A DNA stretch of 64,000 nucleotides, from IMG/VR virus record IMGVR_UViG_3300017971_000276, positions 8,928 to 72,927 of that record; one strand, given 5' to 3'. Shown here piece by piece: positions 48,316 through 58,558 of the stretch (the first letter of the stretch is position 1; each line of letters starts with the position of its first letter). The position numbers were made by a program, and so were the translations under genes. The stretch is from a virus. Below the pieces are notes generated by a model. That model had not been told where the DNA came from. It searched no databases and saw nothing but the letters and a program-made list of their open reading frames with translations.

Positions 48316-50873
48316 TGACTACAGTTACAGCTAGTTTTCAGTTCCGTTTAACAGGAGTCACCAGTGATCCTTTTGATACGCGAACTAGACAAAATGTAAA
48401 AAAGCAATACGCAAAGATTGTATATCTAGAGGAACCTCCTTCAGATGCAGTCAGGTTATCTTATGTTGGCTCGAAGGAGATAACTCCTAAAGATAATTTG
48501 TTTATTGGAGATAGATCTGATGCTTTGTATGCAAATTCAAAAACAAGCACTACAGAAGAATTTATTTCTACTTCTGATAGCGGGACAGAAGATGTTGCTA
48601 GTATAAACTTTCTAGTCACACAAGAATTCGTAGAAGCAGCATCTGGATATATACCATTATATTACAAGCACAACATAACTTCTGTCGTAATTCCAGAATC
48701 TATTAAAGTATTTGATCAAAACTACAATCTGGTTAAAACTGACAAGTGGAAACTAGTTGCAGAACATGATTATGACGAGGATACTGGAGTAAAGCTTACA
48801 ACGATAAGTCAATATAATTTATTTAACTCTTTAGAAAACTCTTTTAATTCTTCTAATGGTAGTTATGTCGTGTATTTTGTTCAGTATACATATGTGTCTG
48901 GTTCCTCTGAAATCACAGTCACAGAGATTCTGAATAATGAGAAAGCATATAAGCCAGCAGTAGCAGAAGACTTTTGGCATCTTACTCCTGGCCAATTAAA
49001 ACCTTGGGTCTATGCTTATTATCGTGATGACTATTCTGTTACCTTTCCTACAATTAGTAAATTTGCAATTAGGTATTTAGAGTCAGAAAGAGTATCTGTT
49101 AAGCATCCTGTTGACCTGACGGACACAGAGCCTTGGTTCCCAAGGATTACAAATGGTTCTTTTACTCATGGTTATGCAGGAGATGTTTCTACCTACAGCA
49201 TCCCAGAATTTGAGAATCAAGCTTTTAGTCCATTGGAGCCATATAAAATTGCTGCTCGTAAGCTTTGTCAGAAGATTGACAAACGTCTTTTAAAGCTGCC
49301 CCATGAAGAGATTCAGACTGGTTCTACTTTTAATAGTATTTCAATTGTCTTTGAGAAAGATGATACTGCTGAATACGCTATAACAACGGACTCTACTTTA
49401 GATGGGACTCCGTATTTTGACTTTGATGGTCATAGAGTTCTAGATTCTGATGGAGAAGAAATTACTTGGTCCACTAGCAATCTGCTTAGTTTTGATCGTC
49501 GCTCAGGAATAGTATATGTAGGATTTGATATCTCTGACTCTCATGATATCTATGCTACTTATCCTTATGAAGAAAAATATTATACTTTTACTAGTATGAT
49601 GATGAATCCTATCTTTGATAGTAATGTTCATAAAGAGACAAGAATTATCTATCTTGTTCCTAAGAACAGTGCGAATGAGAATTCTGCTACACAAACAGCA
49701 TCCATCATGTGGTTAAAAGCTTCCCGTGCAGATGTCATATTGAGCACTAATCAAGATGGGACATACGGTAATGAAAATGTAAACTTTGATGCTCGATTAA
49801 ACAATACTGATGGATATGTTATCAATGGTATTTTGGGAATGCATTATTCTTGGGAGGCATCAACTATTGCCCAAGCACAATCTCCAGCTACTGTCGTTGA
49901 AATTCTTCCAGGACAACCTGTATATGTTCAATCAACAGAAACATTTCCTAAAGAAGGCTGGCTTCGAGCACAAGATGTCGCAGGTCATTATAGATATTTT
50001 AAATATTCTAGCAAATCAGACACCTACTTTACTTTGTCTACAAGCTCTACAGAAGTACCTACAAATGGTCTAATTAATATTCCTGACGGGAATACTATTG
50101 AGCTTGTAAACTTTGTGCAGGAGCGCTCTACCCTCTCTGAGAGGACTTCTGCTAGTGAGGTTGCTGCGTATGGTGGAACTGGAGTTCCTTCTGTTTATTC
50201 TCAGTATTTTGTTTTAGCGGAGATGTCTGTAAATCCTCCTCACAGTAAAGAAGGATTAACAGTTATTGATGTAAGAGAAGATGGTGGGGGAATTGATGAA
50301 GATAAATATGACGAGGCTAAAGCTATAAATCCACAAGTACAATGGATGAATGACTATGAATCTTTTGATGGTCAAGTTTATCCATCTAATGCCGTTATTG
50401 TAGTTAAGCTTCCTAAGACTACGTTAGATGATTTTAGTCTTGATAACTTAAGAGAAATAATCAGCGAGAAAGTTCCTTATGGAATTTATCCATTGATTAG
50501 ATTTTATGGCTATGAACCAAGGGTTATCAGTATCCTTCCTACTTCAACTGTTGGCGCAATTGAGGTAAAATGGGAGAAGGAAGGTTCTGAGTTTGTTTAT
50601 GATATCTGGTATGCTCATAATGAAAGCGGCCCATGGACAAAAGCAAATAGTTATTTGCTAACTGATGGCACAGGTTCATATAATAGTTTTACAATAGAGG
50701 GACTCACTGACGAATCCCCATATCTTGTTAAGATAACAATGCAAGATAGATACTACTCATGGTGGTATGGTTATAATGGCTACAATAGTATTGCAGGTGG
50801 CCTTGGTCTTGATGAGACTGCTCCAACACCATCATTTGGAAATGTTGCTAATTTCCAGTTTAGAGTTCTGTAG
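48315..50873 (+). CDS. Virion structural protein with C-terminal FN3-like domain
   Basis: 852 aa; IEVKWE...YDIWY...FTIEGLTDESPYLVKITMQD. Confidence 0.65.
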   Translation: MTTVTASFQFRLTGVTSDPFDTRTRQNVKKQYAKIVYLEEPPSDAVRLSYVGSKEITPKDNLFIGDRSDALYANSKTSTTEEFISTSDSGTEDVASINFLVTQEFVEAASGYIPLYYKHNITSVVIPESIKVFDQNYNLVKTDKWKLVAEHDYDEDTGVKLTTISQYNLFNSLENSFNSSNGSYVVYFVQYTYVSGSSEITVTEILNNEKAYKPAVAEDFWHLTPGQLKPWVYAYYRDDYSVTFPTISKFAIRYLESERVSVKHPVDLTDTEPWFPRITNGSFTHGYAGDVSTYSIPEFENQAFSPLEPYKIAARKLCQKIDKRLLKLPHEEIQTGSTFNSISIVFEKDDTAEYAITTDSTLDGTPYFDFDGHRVLDSDGEEITWSTSNLLSFDRRSGIVYVGFDISDSHDIYATYPYEEKYYTFTSMMMNPIFDSNVHKETRIIYLVPKNSANENSATQTASIMWLKASRADVILSTNQDGTYGNENVNFDARLNNTDGYVINGILGMHYSWEASTIAQAQSPATVVEILPGQPVYVQSTETFPKEGWLRAQDVAGHYRYFKYSSKSDTYFTLSTSSTEVPTNGLINIPDGNTIELVNFVQERSTLSERTSASEVAAYGGTGVPSVYSQYFVLAEMSVNPPHSKEGLTVIDVREDGGGIDEDKYDEAKAINPQVQWMNDYESFDGQVYPSNAVIVVKLPKTTLDDFSLDNLREIISEKVPYGIYPLIRFYGYEPRVISILPTSTVGAIEVKWEKEGSEFVYDIWYAHNESGPWTKANSYLLTDGTGSYNSFTIEGLTDESPYLVKITMQDRYYSWWYGYNGYNSIAGGLGLDETAPTPSFGNVANFQFRVL

Positions 50874-50881
50874 GAGGAACA

Positions 50882-51406
50882 ATGACTGTCAACCTAACAT
50901 TATCAGAAACTTCAGGTGGCTATTCTTTGGCAGATACTACAGATTTAGGATCTGTTACTCCTGGGAATGCAGTAGGTCATCAAGATGTTTTTATTTCTCA
51001 TGATGCAGAAGTTAATCCAATTACAACTTGCACTCTTTATCTTGTTAGGTATGCAGGGAGTAATTATCTTGGCACTGATGCTGATGCTGATTTTACTCAA
51101 ATTATGGGATGGGGAGATGCTGCAACTGGAGGAGTGGAGCTAAGCATGACTCCTGATTCACCCTGGACTACAGGCAATAAGTTTGCTGCTGGATGGAGCT
51201 ATTTTAAAAATGGTGCAGGAGATATTAATAGCCAAATTCCATTAGACAAAGACTCTATTGTTGTTGGTACAGTGCCTGTAAGTGATGGAGAAATTCCTGT
51301 TGCAGGAGAGGCTCATATCCAAATTGATATTGATGTTCCCGCTTCTCCTGGGTCTTCTGGTTATAAGGCTTTTTCATTAGTCTTTGCATATTCGGCGACA
51401 TCATAA
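50882..51406 (+). CDS. Hypothetical structural protein
   Basis: 174 aa, AGGAGG SD, beta-rich. Confidence 0.6.
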   Translation: MTVNLTLSETSGGYSLADTTDLGSVTPGNAVGHQDVFISHDAEVNPITTCTLYLVRYAGSNYLGTDADADFTQIMGWGDAATGGVELSMTPDSPWTTGNKFAAGWSYFKNGAGDINSQIPLDKDSIVVGTVPVSDGEIPVAGEAHIQIDIDVPASPGSSGYKAFSLVFAYSATS

Positions 51407-51486
51407 TGGCTACTAATACTAAAAACAAAAAGTCTCCAGGAACACTTCCGTCTCCAAGCCATGAAGTTTTGCCTACTCAGTCTTAA
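51406..51486 (+). CDS. Possible 26-aa small ORF (MATNTKNKKSPGTLPSPSHEVLPTQS)
   Basis: TAATG overlap with the upstream stop, as at many real genes here; too short for the ORF track. Confidence 0.3.
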   Translation: MATNTKNKKSPGTLPSPSHEVLPTQS

Positions 51487-51502
51487 AAATATCTTATAAC
51501 AC

Positions 51503-51530
51503 TTGCGCTTTTTGGCTTCATGTGTAATAT
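51503..51530 (+). promoter_or_regulatory. Possible sigma70-type promoter, TTGCGC-N16-TAATAT
   Basis: Lies in the largest intergenic gap, upstream of 51575; imperfect consensus. Confidence 0.3.
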
Positions 51531-51574
51531 TTAAGTTTGAAATTATCACGTTAAATCAACAACAGGAGTAACTA

Positions 51575-52060
51575 ATGAAATTTACAAGAGAAAATCTAAT
51601 CAAAGTTTGGCATGCTCTTACAGTTCTCTCTACCGAAAAAACATCTGCTAAGGGAGCCTATGCTATTGCAAAGAACAAACGTCTTGCTGAGACAGAGGTT
51701 AAGTCAATTGAGGATGCTCAGAAGAATCAAAAAGAGCCAGAAGGTCTTATCGATTTTGAGAATGCTCGAATCAATCTTTGTAACGAACTTTGTGATAAGG
51801 ACGAAGAGACTGGGGCTCCGGTCCTGAATGGGAAAAACTTCTCCATGAGCGAGAATGCAGAAGAATTTAACAAGCGTCTTACGGAACTTAGATTTGAACA
51901 CAAAGAAGCTCTAGATGCTCAAGAGAAAATCATTAAAGATTTTGAAGACTTTGTAAAAGAGGAAGTTGAAATCGCATTCCACGAAATTAAAGTAGATCAG
52001 CTTCCCGATAGTGTAACTGCTGAACAAATTGGAGCTCTCGGCGATATTGTCGTCGAATAA
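51575..52060 (+). CDS. Hypothetical helical phage protein (DUF1617-like)
   Basis: 161 aa, AGGAG SD; AYAIAKNKR...EEVEI pattern seen in small genes near tail-fibre loci. Confidence 0.55.
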   Translation: MKFTRENLIKVWHALTVLSTEKTSAKGAYAIAKNKRLAETEVKSIEDAQKNQKEPEGLIDFENARINLCNELCDKDEETGAPVLNGKNFSMSENAEEFNKRLTELRFEHKEALDAQEKIIKDFEDFVKEEVEIAFHEIKVDQLPDSVTAEQIGALGDIVVE

Positions 52061-52073
52061 GGAGTGAGAAAAA

Positions 52074-52388
52074 ATGAAATTGGAAGTAACTCGTATCTAT
52101 AAGAATTCAGCAACTGATATTATTAGAGTAGATACAATTTACATGCAACCGACAACAAACCAATTAACTTCTGGTGTTAACGCAAGGACTTTCTATAGAG
52201 ATTTGTCTACATCAAAATTGCATGAGCCAGCAGATAGGGTCGTTGCTTCTATTCAACTTATTACTTCTGCAGATACTGTTGAGACTGCGACTGGTAATTA
52301 TCTTACTGCCACATGGACAGGAAGAAATGCGGGGGTCCCTATTCTCTGTGACATGTCTGATCTACCTCGTGTTGGCAACACCGTTTAG
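52074..52388 (+). CDS. Hypothetical protein
   Basis: 104 aa, AAGGAG SD. Confidence 0.6.
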   Translation: MKLEVTRIYKNSATDIIRVDTIYMQPTTNQLTSGVNARTFYRDLSTSKLHEPADRVVASIQLITSADTVETATGNYLTATWTGRNAGVPILCDMSDLPRVGNTV

Positions 52389-52399
52389 GATATTCTAAT

Positions 52400-52864
52400 A
52401 TGGGAGCCTGGATAAAATTCTTCAAGGACGGACCGTCCGAACATGGCTCTGATATCGATATCGCTAAAGGCAGAGCTTCTTGGTCACGCGGACGTCTAGA
52501 TAGCATTACAGCTGTCCAATTGTTTGACAATACAGTTTGTCTAGATGTTCGTGTGCCAAATACATCTTGGCACCAGTATGATAGGTATTTAGCTTTCCTT
52601 GGTGATTTTGGCGAGAATGCTTCTTCTCGTTCTGCTCGTGTTGTCCAAGCAGAAATAAAGCATCATCATGTCGGCCAGTCAGTTCGTTATATGAGAGTCA
52701 ATAACACATCCTTTATAAACATGGACAACTCTCAAACAGGGAAAATAATTTCTTCAGAAGATGTTGGATTGTGGATTACTGGATATATCCTTAGCAATGG
52801 GAAAACAGGGCTAGAGTTTTGTAGGAGAGGAGCCTTTAATGGCGACAAGCAAATACTTAAATAG
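52400..52864 (+). CDS. Hypothetical protein
   Basis: 154 aa ORF in the operon. Confidence 0.55.
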   Translation: MGAWIKFFKDGPSEHGSDIDIAKGRASWSRGRLDSITAVQLFDNTVCLDVRVPNTSWHQYDRYLAFLGDFGENASSRSARVVQAEIKHHHVGQSVRYMRVNNTSFINMDNSQTGKIISSEDVGLWITGYILSNGKTGLEFCRRGAFNGDKQILK

Positions 52865-54827
52865 CATTTTAAAAATCATGCCCGCAGTTCAGGCAAGGCA
52901 ACTGGCTGATTTATTGCAAGACTTACAGTCTAAAGGTACTGTTAGGAATGCAGAAGAATATAAGACTAAATTACAAGAACTATCTGTCATAGTAAACGAT
53001 GCCGTTCCTCAGCCTTCGTTTGAACAAGTCCGTGCTTTAGTCTGGAATCTTTGTTCCTCTGATGCTCACAACGCTATGATGCAAGCTTTTAAGAATGACC
53101 TTGAAGCTGCATTCTTGCAGGTAGATGAGATCGGAGAAAAGCTTGATGATCATAATGAACTTCTGATGAAGAACATGATGTCTGACCTTGAACGTGCGCT
53201 TGACGAACAAGAGAATCATATTAGAAAGCTAGAATGGCTTGCTGATCAGAGCAACGAATTTACTTATGTCTTGGTTAATTCTTTTACTTCTTCTTCTTTG
53301 CTTCATGTCTCTAGAACAGAATCTAATGCAGACTCTTTGTATTTTGACAATCGTACATATAAACAAAAAACATCTGTAGAGCTTCCTTCTGCCACTGTCT
53401 CTGAGAGAGGGAATAAACTTATGTTAGATGTTTCTGTGGATCCAGTCATTAAACCTGTTGGGGTAAAACTTCACACTGACCAATATTCTTATGCCACTGA
53501 AGTCAGTGTTGATATTGACAACCCGATCACAAATACAATAGACGGAGAACGTGGAACGTTTTGGTTTAAGAATACATATACAAAAAATAAAGTTCCAAAA
53601 GTATCTACTGTCCTGGAATTTGATTTAGGAAGAGGTACTGATGTTAATTACATCATTGTTGAGGGAGCGACACAAGAGCCATTTTTTGTTGAAAGGATCG
53701 AGGGCATCTCTCCTGGTGGACATCGGATAAGTCTGAAGTCAACAAGTATAGAAGTAAACGGAAAAACAAGAATAGATTTTGATCGTTCGTTTGTACAATC
53801 TGTTAAGGTTTTCTTTGCGGTTTATACTTATCACAAAGTAGACTATTGGACTCCTAAAGATACAGATGTGCACGATGCCTTTGACTCTTCAAATAGATAT
53901 GATCGCCTTAAACGAAAAGATTCTTTAGCCGCAGTCTCAAGGGAGGCTTTGTCTTCAGAGTCCTTGGCTGACTTGTGTAATGTTCCTGTTCCTGTATCAA
54001 AACAAGTCAATGCCCACCGCTATACTTTTGCATTGGATAATGTTTGGTTTGGTAATGATCTTTATAAAGATTCTGGTATCTTTGTATCAAAGCCGTTAAA
54101 GATAACCAATATTGGGTCCTTGGCTGTACGTGTTGATGAAGAAGTTCAATCTGGTGTTACACAAGACACTATCGAATATGAAATTATTAAAATAGACAAG
54201 GCCCCTAAATATAAAGAAACAAAATTTCCAATCCCTAAACTTAATCAAACATCTGTTGTGAGCGAAAGACTTGTCCTTACTAAAAGAGAATCTGCTTCTG
54301 TGAAAAATGATGTTGGAATGCTTAGGTTCTGTCCTTATATCCCTAGCGATTGGTCTTCCTCATATGCTGATCCAATTGTTGTATATGAGAATGGTCGAGA
54401 GTTAAATGCAGGAACAGAATGGGAGTTCGCTTTTGCAGAAGAAACTGCTGTAAATGGGACTCTTGATTGGAAAACTGTATTTACACAAGCTGTAGATTTC
54501 TCTAACTTTACATTAACGCCTCCTAAGATGTGGATCAAAATAAACAATGCCAAACTGAATGACGTCTATACTGTAGACTATACTCCTAGAACAAGCGATT
54601 ATAATATTAATGAAGCAGGAACTAACGAACAAGAAACAGTTTGGCTTGATGCGGACAAGACTGTGTATCTAGAGAATGGTGGCCGAGTATACTTTAAGAG
54701 AGAAGATCCAGATGTTACAATAGATTCTGAGATATATTTACAGATCACCTTAAGACGGAATAAGGCATCTCAGGCATCTACCCCAGAACTATATGAATAT
54801 GCAGTACTAGCTGCTAGTTATGATTAG
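52839..54827 (+). CDS. Virion structural protein, paralog A (helical N-terminus plus discoidin-like beta-sandwich)
   Basis: 662 aa; NTIDGERGTFW...LEFDLG...VNYI; SGIFVSKP. Confidence 0.6.
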   Translation: MATSKYLNSILKIMPAVQARQLADLLQDLQSKGTVRNAEEYKTKLQELSVIVNDAVPQPSFEQVRALVWNLCSSDAHNAMMQAFKNDLEAAFLQVDEIGEKLDDHNELLMKNMMSDLERALDEQENHIRKLEWLADQSNEFTYVLVNSFTSSSLLHVSRTESNADSLYFDNRTYKQKTSVELPSATVSERGNKLMLDVSVDPVIKPVGVKLHTDQYSYATEVSVDIDNPITNTIDGERGTFWFKNTYTKNKVPKVSTVLEFDLGRGTDVNYIIVEGATQEPFFVERIEGISPGGHRISLKSTSIEVNGKTRIDFDRSFVQSVKVFFAVYTYHKVDYWTPKDTDVHDAFDSSNRYDRLKRKDSLAAVSREALSSESLADLCNVPVPVSKQVNAHRYTFALDNVWFGNDLYKDSGIFVSKPLKITNIGSLAVRVDEEVQSGVTQDTIEYEIIKIDKAPKYKETKFPIPKLNQTSVVSERLVLTKRESASVKNDVGMLRFCPYIPSDWSSSYADPIVVYENGRELNAGTEWEFAFAEETAVNGTLDWKTVFTQAVDFSNFTLTPPKMWIKINNAKLNDVYTVDYTPRTSDYNINEAGTNEQETVWLDADKTVYLENGGRVYFKREDPDVTIDSEIYLQITLRRNKASQASTPELYEYAVLAASYD

Positions 54828-54835
54828 GAGAAAGA

Positions 54836-57800
54836 ATGGCCAATAAGCATCTTACAGTTCCACCTAATGAGGTAGCACTAGCACGGCTTAAAGTCCTCCT
54901 TGAGTCTGTAAATGATCTCTATCATTCTGGAGACATGGTTCTTGAGTCTAATATTGTTTCTTCCTATCATGAAGCCTTAAATTTATTTTATGAATCTCTT
55001 GATAGTTCTATCCTTGGTTCTGTTATGAAGATTTATAAGGGGGCTCCTGCTGACCCTGCTACTTATAATATTTTTACTACTGCGTTACAGAAAGATGCTA
55101 AAGCTTTATTCTCTGAGATTGGTGCGCTAGACAGGCTAGTCTCTTCTAGTTTTAATTCGATCACATCAGAACACAATCAGGCATTGCAGGCCAGCAAGAA
55201 AGTAGCCAATAAATTAGGCGATTATCTTCTTTATGCAGATGCTTCTTTGGGTGCAGGTTTTTTCTTTGGCGATAGTTTTAATAGTTCCGATCGAGTAGAA
55301 GTAGGTTCCTCTTTAGTTGATACTGATGAATGTTTAGTCAATACTGACGAAGGAATCGTCCTGCTTCCTTTAGACGGAAGCCCAGATATCCCTAGTGTAA
55401 AATCTATTATTGTTAATCAAAATAGCAATGGAGAAGCTGGAAGCAACTACCAGCTAGATGTGTTTGGTCACGAAGACATTGAAGTTGTCAGTGATGGAGA
55501 GCCGAATACATGGTTCGAATATGAGAGAGTCACAACAAACGAGCTAAGCGCCCCTCTAGTTTTAGACATTACTATTGCTCTTGATGAGGTGTCAGTAATA
55601 AACCATATTAATGTTAATCCAATTAATTTTGGGACTCCTACCCCTATCAAAGTAACTAGGATTGAGACATCAAAAGACGGAGCGGAATTTATCTCTATTA
55701 AAGATGAGATTCCAATCAAAGACTTTTCTTCTGAAGAAGAGAAGGAAGAGTTTGAGCTTTCTCCTGCTTCTTCGAAATTTTCTGGACAAGGCTTCTATTC
55801 TTTCCTTCCAAGGAAAGTCCAATATGTTCATCTCGTCTTAGAGCAGCATACTCCATATACTATTGAGACGAACAATGGTCTTCGTCTAAGATATTCTATT
55901 GGTATTCGTGACATCAATATTCTTGGCCGTCAGTTCCTTCCAGAGGGAAGTCTTGTCTCTACTCCGTTTGCTTCTTCTGACACAATACAAAAGGTATCTT
56001 TGTGGGCATCAGAGAATCCTGTGGAAGAGTCTACTTTAGCAGACCTAAAACACTTTATTTCTCATGATGATGGAGCCTCTTGGCTTGCTATTCAACCTCA
56101 ACGAAGATCTGGTTCTGACATCCCAGAGATTGTAAACTTCAATAATATTTCTCCTAACTCTGTTGAGACAGGAGAAGAAGTTACAACTCTGAGACACAAG
56201 ATCTCTATGAAGAGGGATACAGAAGCTTTTAATGGGGACATTACCATCAAGCAAGAGAGATTGTCTAAGATGGATATTGTTGATGTCCCAGCGGGTGGAC
56301 AGTTTGATGTCTCTCTTTCTCAAACTCCAATCGAAAAGTCAGTGAACGTTTTGCTTCCCTTCATGGGTAGCTTTAGTTGTCCACGAGCAAGGAATGGCTC
56401 TGTTGTTCGATCAGAGTCAGCTCCTATGGATCTTGATTTTGTTGAGTTTACAGTAGACGTCCCCGGAGAAAGAGTTAGAGAGTCAGATCAGTCGAGAGAA
56501 GGTTCTATCCGATTTAAACTCCCTTTCAAAGGATTGCCAAATTTAGAAGAGAAGATTAGAGTCTTTGTTAATGGCGAGCAAATAGAATATTGTCCAAAAA
56601 CATCTGCTGCTTTTACAAGCCCGCCAACTTCTCATACTTCTATCAATAGTGATAGTAAGGTATATTTCTTAAACAAGAAAGGTACAGAACTTCAGTTTGG
56701 ACATGCAGATACTTCTGTTAGTCCTGACAGTCCAACTCAGCGGGGGTATGTTCCAGTCGGAGGCTCTAAGATTCAAGTTTGTTTAGATGGAGATAATCCT
56801 TTCTTAAGATTAACAGACAAGGGCTATATTCTTACTTTGTCTACTCCCTCTGATGGACAGAAAGAGTCAATTAGTCTTGTTGCCCTTAATAACATGAGCG
56901 ACGATGAAGTTTCTGCATATGAGATTGAAGTTCCTCCTGGTGCTGAAAGATATAAATACCTGCCAGATATAGATCCGACAAAAAGCTTAACAGACCAAGA
57001 GAAGATTGCTTTAAATAGCGCTGCCAAGACTTCTCCTGCTTTTGTAAAACAGGTGTCTGCTTCTGCTATTGGAGTGTCAAATGTTTCTCTAACTGCCAAA
57101 GATATTGACCCTGTTAAGACAGCTCCTGTTCGGTCTATTGGTAAATGGATAGGCTCTAATCAATATTTCCAAAGCAAATCAAAATCTGAGAAAGCTTTAG
57201 AATCTAATACAGGACAAGACAATGAGCTTGCAGCAGAATATGATCTGCAGAACCAAGACTTATTTGGATTCCAAGGGACCTTCTTTGTTGATAGTTATGA
57301 CGGAGCATACCCTCCAGTATTCCTTGAAGGCATTAGTAACTTTGATATTACAGAATATGACCTAAGTGGAAATGTAATAACTGGTACCTCTAGGCAGTTC
57401 ACTGACAAGGTTGCTTTTCAAGACGGCTATACAGAGCTTAGAAACGAATCTGCAAGCTGGGTAAAGGTTGCTACTCGTTATACATTTGATCCGTACACAG
57501 GGGCTGTCTACTTAGGCTCAGCGCCTAGTGCAGATAGACGTGTCGTTTTGTCTTGCAAGAAGAGAGACCTAAAGGTTATTTCTCAAGACTTTTGGCAGTT
57601 CGATAGGAATACTGTTACAGGTAAGCCTAATACTCAAAAAATTATTTTAGATCCTCGTGTTGTTTTTACCGCAAAGAGAATTGAAGAAGTTTCTTTGTCT
57701 AGCTCTGATATCCGAAAGGTCTCATTAGCAGCGGATAATGATCTTAGCCATAATTGGACAAATTCTAAATTGGTTAGGGGAACCGTGAAGCCAAGTATTA

Positions 57801-58558
57801 CTTTGTTTGCAGTCGGAGCAAAGCCAATTGAGGTTAAATTTATAGATGGGGAAAGAGAATTCTCTAATATTTCTGAAGTAAATAGTGAAGAGATTTCATT
57901 TACTTCTCTTGGGAGCAATCTGTATTCTTTCCAGCTCGGCAAAATAGATGTAGCTAGTAATAAAACATTAATTGGAACTCCAGCTTTTGCTCCTGTAAGG
58001 TCAGTAAATAGTGCATCAACAACTGCTAGTCAATTTGATTTGACACCACAAGTATCTACAGCGACTCTTGCAGCAAACGGAGAATGGAAAGTAGATTCTT
58101 CTGGGCTGGTTACTCTATATCTAACTTCTACTCCTGGAAGTCATACTGTTTCATATCGAGTAAAAAATGCAGAACCTGGTATCGATATCTCTGGAATGTA
58201 TTCTGTTGACTATGATAGTGGCGTTTTCCACTTGGCTCAACCAGTAGTTGCTGCTGGCAATATTGCATTTGAAGTCTCAATGTACAGTGCTTTTTATAAT
58301 ATTGCAGAGCAAGTCTCTTATGGAAATATAGAGAATGTAGATACTTCTGCAAGAACAATCACATTCAATTCTGCATTTGGCATGAGATTTTTAAAACAAG
58401 ACACTGCACAGAAATCACGTCCACAAGTCTTAAAAATATTTTATGAGTATTACAAAAAAACAACAGAGTCGTTAAAAGACCTAGAGCCATATTTCTCTCC
58501 TATTTGTAAAGATCTTGCTTTCCGTGCAGTCACATCTAATTTATTAGAGGAGCTATAG
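54836..58558 (+). CDS. Virion structural protein, paralog B
   Basis: 1240 aa; VSDGEPNTWF..LDITIAL..INHI; EGSLVSTP. Confidence 0.6.
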   Translation: MANKHLTVPPNEVALARLKVLLESVNDLYHSGDMVLESNIVSSYHEALNLFYESLDSSILGSVMKIYKGAPADPATYNIFTTALQKDAKALFSEIGALDRLVSSSFNSITSEHNQALQASKKVANKLGDYLLYADASLGAGFFFGDSFNSSDRVEVGSSLVDTDECLVNTDEGIVLLPLDGSPDIPSVKSIIVNQNSNGEAGSNYQLDVFGHEDIEVVSDGEPNTWFEYERVTTNELSAPLVLDITIALDEVSVINHINVNPINFGTPTPIKVTRIETSKDGAEFISIKDEIPIKDFSSEEEKEEFELSPASSKFSGQGFYSFLPRKVQYVHLVLEQHTPYTIETNNGLRLRYSIGIRDINILGRQFLPEGSLVSTPFASSDTIQKVSLWASENPVEESTLADLKHFISHDDGASWLAIQPQRRSGSDIPEIVNFNNISPNSVETGEEVTTLRHKISMKRDTEAFNGDITIKQERLSKMDIVDVPAGGQFDVSLSQTPIEKSVNVLLPFMGSFSCPRARNGSVVRSESAPMDLDFVEFTVDVPGERVRESDQSREGSIRFKLPFKGLPNLEEKIRVFVNGEQIEYCPKTSAAFTSPPTSHTSINSDSKVYFLNKKGTELQFGHADTSVSPDSPTQRGYVPVGGSKIQVCLDGDNPFLRLTDKGYILTLSTPSDGQKESISLVALNNMSDDEVSAYEIEVPPGAERYKYLPDIDPTKSLTDQEKIALNSAAKTSPAFVKQVSASAIGVSNVSLTAKDIDPVKTAPVRSIGKWIGSNQYFQSKSKSEKALESNTGQDNELAAEYDLQNQDLFGFQGTFFVDSYDGAYPPVFLEGISNFDITEYDLSGNVITGTSRQFTDKVAFQDGYTELRNESASWVKVATRYTFDPYTGAVYLGSAPSADRRVVLSCKKRDLKVISQDFWQFDRNTVTGKPNTQKIILDPRVVFTAKRIEEVSLSSSDIRKVSLAADNDLSHNWTNSKLVRGTVKPSITLFAVGAKPIEVKFIDGEREFSNISEVNSEEISFTSLGSNLYSFQLGKIDVASNKTLIGTPAFAPVRSVNSASTTASQFDLTPQVSTATLAANGEWKVDSSGLVTLYLTSTPGSHTVSYRVKNAEPGIDISGMYSVDYDSGVFHLAQPVVAAGNIAFEVSMYSAFYNIAEQVSYGNIENVDTSARTITFNSAFGMRFLKQDTAQKSRPQVLKIFYEYYKKTTESLKDLEPYFSPICKDLAFRAVTSNLLEEL

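Noticed and set aside
1091-51406. Possible paralogy between ORF 1091..1555 and ORF 50882..51406 (both small, beta-rich, with GWG)
   Set aside because: Similarity is limited to a few residues and cannot be supported without a profile comparison
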